The position numbers were made by a program, and so were the translations under genes. The notes below the pieces were generated by a model. It was not told the DNA's origin. It searched no databases and worked only from the letters and a program-made list of their open reading frames with translations. From Giardia intestinalis (Eukaryota): 64,000 nt of DNA. This document shows, piece after piece, positions 10,608-20,953 of the stretch. Each line of letters starts with the position of its first letter. Within the stretch, counting starts at the first letter, position 1. Where the stretch lies: NCBI GenBank assembly GCA_000002435.2, contig CM018792.1. One strand, given 5' to 3'.

Positions 10608-11449
10608 TTACTCCACCCACCGGTTGCTTCCAGTGGTGTGCTGCTGGGGCCCTCGCCTGCAGGCGCTGTCCGCAAATCTCGCGAGTAAATTCCCGCTCAA
10701 TTTTTGGCGATGTCCGGAGATGAGGGTTGGTCACGGGCCGTAACGATAATCACAGCGGTTGTAAGGAGGAGCTATCTGCATTCCTCGGCTGTTCCGTGGG
10801 CATGCGCACACAACCGGACCTGAAACGAAGGAGAGCCCGCAAGGACCCGATCCACATCATGAACGCAAGATCGTACCTTCGGGCCCCCAGAGAGCAAGCC
10901 GTGAGTCTCTACTTGGGAGACCACTCCAAAGACGCTTGCCCTCTCGGCAGGACACACACGCTGGCTCTGTGGCCTACCGTGCAAGAGTGCCAACAATCAA
11001 CCGAGCACCTGAGAGAAGCAAATGATAACAGACACAGAGTACTAGGTGACGACAAACTGATCATTCCATCCCATATACCGAACCAGACAGCTGCCATGCT
11101 CATCCACCAGGGTGCAGCATGATCGCGAGCATCGAGCAGGCCGGGACTGGGGTAGCGCTCCCCGCTATCAGGGGCCTGAACGCCTTGGTAGGAAACTGCT
11201 AGAAGACTCAAGCAACACAGCAGAGCAGACCCAGAGCAAGGCGGACCCAGACCCCGAGAAGGCGAGACGCCGGATAGCAAACAGGGTGAACAACGCGCTG
11301 AGTTTCGGGGCAGTTGCCAAGGCCCTCCGCGCCCTTGATGACACGCCCACGATAGACAAGCCGGAGAAGGCCGACCGCCCTCAGCGCGCTACACCTGTGC
11401 GTCCCCCCGAAGGCTACGTTGGCCTTGACTACCCTCCATCGATGAGCTC

Positions 11450-13360
11450 GACGGGCTGGAGTGGCAACCGAAGAAGAAATGAGGAAGGCTCTGTTTGAGA
11501 CTCTCAACAAGAAGGCCTCGGGCCGGTCCAGCTCAAGGCGATGAAGCAGAGCGACAGCTTCGTGAAGTACCTCACGCAGGCATACAACGAGCTGACCACC
11601 CACCCCGAGGCGATGCCAGAGGTGATGGCCATGCTCGAGTTCCGGGCGATCCTCATCCCGAAGGAGTCCGACGGATACCGCCCGATCGCGATAGGCGAGA
11701 CGGTGACAAACATCTTCCACCGCGTCCTGCTGAAGGGCTGATCAGGCATGCCAACTACCTCTTGTGCGAACAGATCGCCTTCATGCAGAACGCATACGCG
11801 GTAGGCGTGAGGAGGGCCCACGAGCTCATCAGCAGGACAGGAGCACGCCGTCTCCCTCGACACAAAGAACGCCCTCAACTCGCTCCCGAGGGCGGAGGTC
11901 GTCAGAGCCCTGAACGAGGCGGGCGTCCCGAAGGTCCTGGTCGACTACATCGGGGACTTCCTCGACCTGAGGCACAGCCGGGACGTGAAGTGCGAGGTCT
12001 GCGGCGTCCCCCAGGGCGACCCGCTCAGCATGCTCCTCTTCTGCATGGCCACCGAGCGCCTCCTGAGACGCCTCAGGGAGAGGGGCATCACCTTCCTTGC
12101 CTATGCGGACGACATCGTGGCGTTCCACGACGAGGCCTACCCAGCAGGCGTGATAACACAGCTGGCCATGGGCCTGACGATCAGGAGCGACAATGCAAGT
12201 CCACCATGGCGGGCGAGGAGGTGACCTTCCCCAACCACCCGGTGTCCCCCACTCCTGCCAGTCTCGCGCCGAAGGCCATCGCAGGTGCCGAGACTGCCCT
12301 GAGGAAGATTGAGAACGCCCCCATAACCACCCACCAGAAGCTCATCCTGATGTCACTCTGCGTGGTCCCGATGGTGAACTACGCCCCCCTGGTCGAGATA
12401 ACATCGGATAAGGCGGACTACAAGGAGCTGACAGATATCGCACAAGGCTTCAGCAAGCTAACCAGCAGAAGCTGCGATCGCCTGGTCGACTTCCTGGCGT
12501 ACCAAAGGAGAAGGGCGGCCCGGGCCTGCTCATGCCGGGGTTCTACCACGACGAGCTGCGGAGAGCATGGGCCTCCCTGGACGTCAACAAGGGGACCAGA
12601 GACCCGGTGGAGCTGCCGGTGGAAGGCCAGGCACTGCAAGGGAAGGGGACCTACTCCAACCGCCTCCTCACGCATACACCAGCTTCCGGACAGAGCGGCG
12701 GCGTGCTGACCGAGGAGGAAAGGGCCCTGAAGCAGAGAGATGGCTCGATCATGGGGCAGACAAGAGGCACCTGCCCGGGCTGCCACACGGCAAGGACCCT
12801 CGACCGCGACATGATCGTCACGTGCCTGTACCTCCGCGTCTCAGGGAAGTTCAACGCAGAGCTGGAGGTCAAGACCCACAGCCACCTCAGCGGCCAGAAC
12901 CAGAAGCCCGACATCTGGTTCGTCGACAAGTGCAAGGCGATAGATGTGGGTGTCATCCAGCCCCGCCAGATGGACGCCTACTACAACGAGAAGGTCAAGA
13001 AGTACAGGGACGGGACGCTCCCGATCATCTACGGGACAGACGGATCCCTCCACCCAAGTCCAAGGGGCACCTCGAGGAGCTCCACGTGGACCTCTGTCCG
13101 GGCTGCCTTCGCCATCGCCCACATGGCTGCAAAGGCGAACGAGCACCCGACGAAGCTGATCAGACGGGCCGGGCCGAAAGCCTGGCCACCCAGAGCGACC
13201 GTCTCCTGTCATCCTACTTCTGACAACCGAATGAGTCCATCCCCGGGACCTGTCGACAACGACCGAGAAGGGGCGCAAGACTGGACACACAACCGAGTTG
13301 AATCCCAACCAGAAGAGAAAGCCCCGCTAGCTGCTGCTGATATACATGGACAGTATTGAG
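11450..13360 (+). mobile_element. Degenerate non-LTR (LINE-like) retrotransposon remnant: RT domain with a frameshift and stop, and a REL-endonuclease domain in another frame
   Basis: Track frame 0 carries the RT motifs. RAILIPKESDGYRPIAIGETVTNIFHRVLL covers the IPK..RPI motif (track ORF 11541..11741, which ends in TGA). AVSLDTKNALNSLPR, GVPQGDPLSMLLF and FLAYADDIVAF follow (track ORF 11985..12224). KKASGP upstream lies in a different frame. Track ORF 12532..13359 is in another frame and carries CPGCHTARTLDRDMIVTC (CCHC) plus KPDIWFVDKCKAIDVGV (PD..D/ExK). That is the C-terminal REL-endo architecture of Genie/GilM/GilT/GilD-type Giardia elements (family assignment from established knowledge, no search). 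Local coordinates are approximate to within a few nt. Confidence 0.8.
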
Positions 13361-13683
13361 AATGACAACAAAGACCAGAGCTTCACTCACCGTGAAGGGA
13401 GAGCAAGGAGAGGCACCCTAGTAGACCAGCAAGCCTGCAGGACGGCTTGATCTCTGAAAGAACCGATGTGCACACCCAGTCTGAGCTCACGCCCACGGAA
13501 CAGCCGAGGAATGCAGATAGCTCCTCCCTTCCACTACTGTGGTCTTTGTATTGATACACGACCAACCCTCGTCTCCGGACTAGTCAGGGACTGAGCAAGA
13601 GCTTACCCGTGAGATCTCTGGACCATACCTGCAGGCGAGGGCCCCAGCAGCACACCACTGGAAGCAACCGGTGGGTGGAGTAA

Positions 13684-13700
13684 ATCATCATCATCATCAT
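13684..13700. repeat. (ATC)5 microsatellite upstream of the VSP copy 2 ATG, running into an ATG at 13699
   Basis: atcatcatcatcatcatg. The ATG at 13699 opens a 22-codon uORF. Its TAA stop (13765-13767) overlaps the VSP ATG (13767) as ggtTAATGttc. Confidence 0.9.
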
Positions 13701-13766
13701 GTGTCAGTCACACGGATTGGCTGAATATATCGCGATTCTGTTCCTATCAATCTACCAGATTGGTTA

Positions 13767-15989
13767 ATGTTCGGCAGTTTTATATTCGCGGGCCTAGCCA
13801 TCCAGATTGCATGGGCAGAAAAAGTAGCAGAACGTGCGCGGGAAGCTCACTGCGCGAATAACGCCAATTGTGCAGCAAACGCATGCAACGTTCTGATCGG
13901 TGGTAAATTGTATTGCTCTCAATGTAACACAGGATTTGTTCCTATCAATGGAAAATGTGTAGGCAAAGATGATGTAACAGATAAATGTACAGCTGCCGAT
14001 GGAAATACTGCATCTGATGAGACCTGTGCAAAGTGCGCTGGTCAGACTTTTATGTACAAGGGCGGGTGTTACGAACAAGCTATTGAGCCTGGCAATGTGA
14101 TGTGTGGAGGAGCAGCTGGTGGTAAGTGCACACAGGCTACGGAAGGATACTTTCTACCGCCGGGCGCTGATAATGCGCACGACTCGGTTGTTTCGTGCGG
14201 AGATTCGATAGGCGTGACGCTTACTGGCAATAAGAAGTACACGGGCGTGGATGGGTGCACTGCCTGTGACGGATTACAATTAACGGTAGAGGCCAGTGGA
14301 GTTGCTAAGTGTACTGCGTGCGGCCCTGATGCGCAGCAAACCGCGAGGATTGTTAAGACGGACGGCGACGTGACGTCGTGTGTGACGGAACATGAGTGCA
14401 CGAGTACTGCAGGCTTCTTCGTCGATGCAACAGGCAGTAAAAAATGCACCAAGTGCGCTGAGACATGCAAGACCTGTGAGACCGAGGCTACGAAGTGCAC
14501 CTCTTGCAATGAGGACAAGCCGTACCTAAAGAAGGCGCAGTCACAGGATCAGGCAGGCGAGTGCGTGACTGAGGAAGCGTGCACGAGTGGAAACACCCAC
14601 TACGCCGACGATGAGGAGCCGAAGACGTGCAAGCCGTGCACGGCAGGAACGTTTGAGAACTGCAAAACATGCACCAAAAGTGACACCTCCGTTACCTGCA
14701 CAGCGTGTAAGGAAAATATGGTATTTGGACTCGGAAAGAAGTCGTGCATTAGTAGCTGCCCTGATAACTCAGAAGCCAAGACCGAGAATACTTGCACGTG
14801 CAATGATGGATTTAAACTTGACGAAGAAGAAACACAATGCGTGCCAAATGATTCCCCTTCAAATCCATGCAGTACTCAGGATTGTAAGGCATGCAGTGGT
14901 GCACAAACAAACAAAGAGATCTGCACCGAATGTCTGTCCAACAAGTATCTGACGCCAACAAACCAGTGCATAGACCACTGCGAATATATTCTAGGCTACT
15001 ACAGTAGCACAGAGGGCAACAAGAGGGTCTGCAAGAAGTGCGAGGTCGCCAACTGTCTCGCGTGCAGTGAAAATGGCGGGTGCGGTCTCTGTAAGGACGG
15101 CTTCTACGGCGAAGCGTGCTCCCCTTGCGATTCCAGCTGTAAGACATGTAGCGGAAATACTGCCAATGATTGCACAAGCTGTAAGTCTGGAAGCGCGCTC
15201 ACCTACGGATCCACAGGAAACACTGGCACATGTGGGGCCGAGTGCGCGGCGGGCACAGGCACAGGCAAGTGCAGGGAGTGCGGTCTGACTGTTGAGGGGA
15301 CAAAATACTGCTCTGTCTGTAGTCAAAACAACGAGTATCCCCAGAACGGCGTCTGTGCTGTTAAAACCAGTCGCACAGATAAGTGCAAAGATGGAAGCAT
15401 TACTGGTGGCGTGTGCAATGTCTGCGCAGACGGCTTCTTCAAGATGAACGGCGGCTGCTACTCCACCAGCCAGCTTCCGGGGTCGACAGTGTGCTTGAGT
15501 GCGCAGAGTACAGGCGGAACCTGCAAGACTCCGGAAGAAGGATTTAGCCTGACAGGCGAGAGCCTTGTGGCTTGCTACACTGGGTGCGCTGAGTGCACCA
15601 CCACTAGGGACTGTTCTAGGTGCATGGACGGATATGTGAAGGTCGGCAGTGCCTGCACGAAATGCCACGAAAGTTGCTACACCTGCGAAGCCGATGCTAC
15701 TACATGCAAGGTATGTACTCCTGGATATTACAAGGAGAGTAGTAGTAATGGGCCGTGCAGAAAGTGCTCCGAGGGGCTGGCTGGATGCAGGCAGTGCGCG
15801 ACACCTGTTAACGGCAAGTTCATATGTTTCGAAACGGATGATAATACCGGCGACAATACTGGCGGAAGCACGAATAAGAGCGGGCTCTCCACGGGGGCCA
15901 TCGCGGGCATCTCCGTCGCAGTCATCGTCGTCGTTGGGGGCCTCGTGGGCTTCCTCTGCTGGTGGTTCATATGTAGGGGCAAGGCGTGA
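13767..15989 (+). CDS. vsp: Variant-specific surface protein (VSP), 740 aa, copy 2 (identical to copy 1)
   Basis: Same translation as 8302..10524. ATG at 13767. Ends ...WWFICRGKA. Confidence 0.95.
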   Translation: MFGSFIFAGLAIQIAWAEKVAERAREAHCANNANCAANACNVLIGGKLYCSQCNTGFVPINGKCVGKDDVTDKCTAADGNTASDETCAKCAGQTFMYKGGCYEQAIEPGNVMCGGAAGGKCTQATEGYFLPPGADNAHDSVVSCGDSIGVTLTGNKKYTGVDGCTACDGLQLTVEASGVAKCTACGPDAQQTARIVKTDGDVTSCVTEHECTSTAGFFVDATGSKKCTKCAETCKTCETEATKCTSCNEDKPYLKKAQSQDQAGECVTEEACTSGNTHYADDEEPKTCKPCTAGTFENCKTCTKSDTSVTCTACKENMVFGLGKKSCISSCPDNSEAKTENTCTCNDGFKLDEEETQCVPNDSPSNPCSTQDCKACSGAQTNKEICTECLSNKYLTPTNQCIDHCEYILGYYSSTEGNKRVCKKCEVANCLACSENGGCGLCKDGFYGEACSPCDSSCKTCSGNTANDCTSCKSGSALTYGSTGNTGTCGAECAAGTGTGKCRECGLTVEGTKYCSVCSQNNEYPQNGVCAVKTSRTDKCKDGSITGGVCNVCADGFFKMNGGCYSTSQLPGSTVCLSAQSTGGTCKTPEEGFSLTGESLVACYTGCAECTTTRDCSRCMDGYVKVGSACTKCHESCYTCEADATTCKVCTPGYYKESSSNGPCRKCSEGLAGCRQCATPVNGKFICFETDDNTGDNTGGSTNKSGLSTGAIAGISVAVIVVVGGLVGFLCWWFICRGKA

Positions 15990-16003
15990 CTTAGATAGTA
16001 AAC
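15989..16003 (+). terminator. VSP-type extended polyadenylation signal (ACTTAGATAGTAAAC)
   Basis: tgACTTAGATAGTAAACgcg, read directly after the copy-2 stop codon. Confidence 0.75.
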
Positions 16004-18570
16004 GCGTCCATCGTTATACAATCTACTCTACTCTTACGAGGTCCTGCTGGGGGACAGGGAAGAGCCGCCATGCCCTGCACCTGACTACTGCCCGAGTGAC
16101 CATCGTGGGGGACACAGCGATCGTGATGCTCGTGAAGTGGTACGATGCCGGCTCTGGGATCACGCCGCCATCCAGGCAGATGCGTACCATGAAAGGTCTC
16201 TTGTTGCCACCGTCCAGAGGCTCGCAGGACTGCGGGGCTCAGGCAGCCTCTGTCCCATGAGCGAGACTGGCCTCGCTCGGCGCCTCCAGCACTCTGCAGC
16301 TCTGCGTCCTGCCGACCGCCGTGTGCCGACTGACAGTAGTGGGCACTGCATCGCGCAGACACGCAGTCGTCAGCCACTGTTCCGGGTTCCAGCGCCCCTT
16401 CTTCTGTGATCACGTCTGCCTGGCTGGGGTCGTCCCTCCATCCAGAAGCCCGTCCTCTGCAGCCTCTCAGGGGGGGCGCTAAGAGTTGCTTGTCCAACCC
16501 GGGGCATCATAGCGTTCATACTTCGGCTGGACAAGTATCGCGGGCCGTCCTCGTTCACTCTCTGGGCCAGGACGCCAGGTCTACCCGGGCCCCTGCCTGT
16601 CGGCGCTCACTTTCGCAGGCATGCCATATATCTGACAGGCCTGTCTCGCGCGGATGGGGGCACCTTGGTCTGGCTCATCTAAGAGTGGTCCTTCGGTTTG
16701 ACACGACCCTGCATAGCACGTAACCTCTGCAGAGAACGCCCCGCCTGATGACTGCGTGTAGCCTCAGGCAGGTGCATCCTCCTTCCGCACGACTGGAGCC
16801 CGCTGTCCGCTCTTCGCTGCCGCCTGTTTGCAGCTAGGTCATGCCAGAGAGTTGCATGCAGAAGCCTTCCTCACCCAATCGTAAGCTTGTGCGATCCAGC
16901 ACGTCTTGCTTAAAGAGACAAGAGATCACCCTTCCCTTGAAGACAGCCGTGCCGCTATCAAGACCCGGTTCCGTTCATGCCTGGTTCCATGTGCTTGCCG
17001 TCCTTAAGCAGACAGCCCGTGCGCAGGGGGCTATGTTCCCCGCATTGTAGGGCATCAGAAGGTGAGGCATCTTCCTTGCGTCGCATGAATCGCACTGGCC
17101 GCCTGTCTTTCCGCACAGTGTTCAAGGCCGGATGCATCGTGGTTGAAGTGCATGCAGTCTTCCCGCGCCACAAAAGGAGGGGTGCAGCATGGTTCGGGGC
17201 CGCACTCTGGGGCGTCGCTGTTTCATCCTGGAGTAGAGCGCGGGCTCCCTCGTCTGTGGAAGTCTGCTGCCATAATAACCTGCGCTCCCGTCTATGCAGC
17301 TGCTCCGCCTCGGCTGGCTTCTAGCCTCGCCCCTCTGTCCGCGACAGGGCCCTGACCTGATGTCATGTTCAGAGGCAATGCCTGGTCTGCCCGGATGTAG
17401 CAGGACCCTTAGCCCCGTACCACCATCGCCTGGGTCCATCCGAGGCGCGGGAGGCTGGCGATTCTCATGCCTGGATCCTCATCCCTAGTGACGGGCTGAT
17501 CGGTGTCTCTCTGGACCGGCATGCGCAGCGATTCGAGATCTGCGAGGCAGCCATCTATCTCTGCTCGAGCACCGGCTTTGGCCACTCTCAAAGGGGCCGT
17601 GGCTTGTAAGCATGGGCTCAGCATCCTTACCAGGAGCAGGTGCACAGACAGCAGGAGGGTAATAAAGCCTTCCTCAGCACGTCGCTGGCATCCTGCACGT
17701 CCACTCTGTGTCACAAGGGCGTACAGTAGCCACTCATCGCAGCTGTGTTCGCGCTTGGCGGCCTAGGAGGCCCTGTGGTCCACCGGGCAAGCCGCTGGCG
17801 AAGAAGCAGCGGACGTCCCTTTGCCACTGCACCTAGGGAGCCCTCAAGATGCTTTTTCTGTGACGCTCCCGGCTGGCTCCAGACAAATCGCGGGAACCTC
17901 GCGCCTTCTGGACACTGTCTCCCCACTTCGGAGAGGCGCAAAAGCCACCGCTCGGCCGCCACTTGCGCCGGTTCTGTTAGCTGCTACGCGCCTGCACTGT
18001 GCAATAGGATACCCTGCCTTCGGTGACCCGGGGCGGCCTCCAGGGACCGGAGACTGTTCGCATGGCGCCGGCACTCTCGCTTGGGCCTGACAGTGACGTC
18101 CCGCTTCTCCCTACGAGACGGCGCTCCGCTGAACGAGCAGCTCTGCTGGCGGTCCAGAGGATTTGCTTGCTGGCTGTACAGGGCACAAATTAGGCCGCAG
18201 AGTTTTGCTTTATCAGCCTGCCCCTTGCGGAATTATAGATCGAGCAGCCCCTAGGCCACTGCGGTGACGCAGCTTTACTGCTGCAAACAGATTGGCAGTT
18301 GTATAAAGGTGTGCCTGTAGAGAAGCCCGTTAGTACCCTGCAGTCGCGTTGAAAGAACCTCCACTATCCCTCGATGATCCATCCTCTAGCTCAAGAGCTG
18401 TGGCGCCACATAAGGAATCGCATTCAAAAGGATTATGAAAATCATAGTTATCAGAATACTAGTAACCGTAGCAATCGTAAACGTCATGATCGTCAGGAGC
18501 ATGATAATCGTGGTCATAGGAGTCGAGTAATCATAGTCGTCATAGTCGACAATAGTCGCCACCGGTCTTG

Positions 18571-20191
18571 CCATTGTTGCCATCGTCGGCATACCCTCCA
18601 GCTATGGGGGTGATTTCTATGTCCTCCTCCCCCATAAGAAGCTTCGCACACTCTGGCTTATCTAGATATGTTGCCCACGCGAGAGCAGACCAGCCACTGG
18701 CGTCCTGCACACATGCCTCCTTCTCCAAGAGGAAGGGTATGCACAAGGCACTGCCGTTGGCCGCCGCATGCACAAGAGCAGTCGCGCCTCTTATGCCTGT
18801 CATACATGCTTCCCTCTCTAGCAAGCTTAACGCATTCCGGATGGCGATACCGTGCTGCTATCATGAGCGCCGTCAATCATCGTCATCCCTCATGCCGTCC
18901 TCGTGCTTCACCAGAAGCCTCACTGCCTCTGCGTCTCCTCTGTCCGCAGCCCTCATGAGCGCCGTGACCCGGCCTTATCCGTAAGGTCAAGGAGCTCCAG
19001 CATCGGCCCCTGTCCGGCCTTGACGGCAGGAGTGTACACCGCGTCGCCGCCTCGTTCTTCTTGTCCTTTTCACCAAGGTGCTTCTGTGCCGTCTTGAGAT
19101 CTCCAGTAACGGCAGCGCGCATCAGCCGGGTCCACGAGGAGTCCTTCGCAGGGACCCGGAAGGATAGGGACCTCGTGCCGCTCGCTGCAACCTGGTCGGT
19201 CGATTCGATGGAAGCCCCGTGCCCGTCTGCAGTGTGCTGCTCCCGCCCTTTGGTGGAACGGCCCGATGGATGCGCCAATGCCTCTGATATGCTGAGCGGC
19301 ATCTTCGGGCCCTGCCTCGAAAGGACAGACTCGGCACTGGCCGCAGAGACTCGCCCGTGCTTGCCAACTCGCCGGCCTGGAGATCCGGGCCCACAGCAGA
19401 CGTCCCGCACGCAGAAGCAGGCTGGCGAGCTTGGTGGCTGTTGGTCACCACTCGGGGTCTGAGGCAAAGACCCTCCCGAGGACATCCCACACGAGATCCT
19501 TCACAACAAGGCCCAGATTCGGCTTCCATCCGGCGACAAAGGGGCCTTTGCGTCTTACCCGTCCAGGAAGCTCGGCCCCTTCAAAGTGGCAGGCTCGCAT
19601 GCGATAGCACCAAGGGCCCAGAGATCGGAGGCCGCGCCATCTGAGGGCTTCAGGATCCGTGTACGCGGGGCCCTCTGCCTCCGCACTGCCACTGTGCAGA
19701 GCGTTTCTGTGGACGCGAAGTCTGCGAGCACGACGCGCTGTTCGTCCTGTCTAATGAGGGCGTCGGCGGGCGTGAGGCTCTAGTGGACGATTCCCTGGCA
19801 GGGCGCTCCGCTGGCGTCCTCCCAGCAGACGTCATGGAGGTAGGTAAGCCCGGTAGAAAGCTGCTCCATGATGGACAACACCAGGCCCTCAGCGACCGGC
19901 TCGTCGGCCTGCATGTGCTCAAGGAGGAGTTGTCCTAGACTTCTGTGGCCGCGGTCCATGGTTGTGTAGACAAAGCAGCTCGTTCTGATTACCCGGTGGT
20001 ATCTGAGGACGCTCGGGTGCGAAACCCTGGTGAAAGCGTGCGTCCGGAGTTCGAGACCACCCAGGGCTCTTGCGCCCAGATCGTCGCATATGCCCGCAAA
20101 GCCCCTGGAGACTGAACTCGGGGACGCGAGGGCCCTCGGGGCTTCTAGGGGAGGGAGCCTTCCCGCGCTCGTGGAACCCCCTGCAGTGCTC
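18571..20191 (-). pseudogene. NEK-family kinase / ankyrin-repeat pseudogene (right-arm copy)
   Basis: Exact mirror image of 4100-5720. The mirrored ORFs (18658..18876, 18540..18824, 19780..20271) have identical translations. Confidence 0.7.
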
Positions 20192-20953
20192 CTCGCAGCC
20201 GAGCGAGCATCTCTGGGCAGGCATCGCTCGACTCCGCCTCTAGCCGGCAGACTAGCGCCTCTGGCAAACACGCTCTAGTTCTGCCACTCCAACCCCCACT
20301 GCCTTGTTCAGACAGACGAGGAGCCGCATGCCAACCGCGAGCAGGAAGATCCGGCCAGTGACGTGGCAAGGCGCAATGTCTGTCGGTATGCGTCTCCTAG
20401 CACTGCACAAGAGGCGCGCTGTGGTCCATGAGCAGAAGGACGGGTCGAGCGGGAAGGCAAACCAGGGCTGGACCTCTTCCTCGGCACCAACGCATGGGAG
20501 CTGTCCGCCGGCATCCATGAGTGCGTACTCTAACTCCAAGATAGAGGCATACGGGGAGCACACCCTTGATAGTGGGACGGACACCCGCTCCACGAGATGA
20601 CAAGAAAGTATCCGGTGAGCTTCGGGCCATCCCGAGGTTCATGGCGTATGCAATCTTCGTCATAGAGTACCAAGGCCCTAGGCTACGTGGCCAAGATCAC
20701 TGCTTTCCACTCCATACAGAAGTTGGCCCCAAGGGGGCTGAGTGAGAGAAAGGAGAAGCCCAGACGGTGTCGCAAGAGCAAGGTCACGACGCTCAGAGCG
20801 AGGAGGCGCGACACCCCTCCCCTCCCCAGAATCGGGCGGCCTCCAGGCTCTCGGGGTCAACCGCGCAGGGCGGGGGAGAGGCCCCAGCGGGCCTGCTCGG
20901 GCAGCGGGTGGCAAGCAAATTCTACAAAGATTTACTTCTAAGAACGTAAAGGA

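Larger units (their letters stand above)
3375..10663. repeat. Left arm of a perfect 7,289-bp inverted repeat (palindrome)
   Basis: Every ORF in 3375-10663 has a mirror ORF with identical translation in 13628-20916. Start and end coordinates always sum to 24291, so there are no indels. I read the outer boundary directly: ...gcttgc/cacccgctgc on the left versus gcaagc/aaattc on the right. The inner boundary is at the palindromic octamer CCTGCAGG (10656-10663). Confidence 0.95.
13628..20916. repeat. Right arm of the perfect 7,289-bp inverted repeat
   Basis: Reverse complement of 3375-10663. The inner end is at CCTGCAGG (13628-13635). The outer end is 38 nt upstream of the stop of the M16C peptidase gene. 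Confidence 0.95.

Noticed and set aside
11495-12709. 404-aa ORF through the retroelement (MRLSTRRPRAGPAQGDEAERQ...)
   Set aside because: It has a TTG start and Arg/Pro/Gly-rich low-complexity translation. The recognisable RT motifs lie in a different frame, so this is a wrong-frame readthrough of GC-rich DNA.
3375-20916. Possibility that the palindrome is an assembly or chimeric-read artefact
   Set aside because: Not rejected outright. Perfect inverted duplications can arise from amplification or long-read chimeras. The intermediate-identity shoulders inside the spacer and the clean placement in an intergenic gap argue for a real structure, but this needs spanning-read confirmation.
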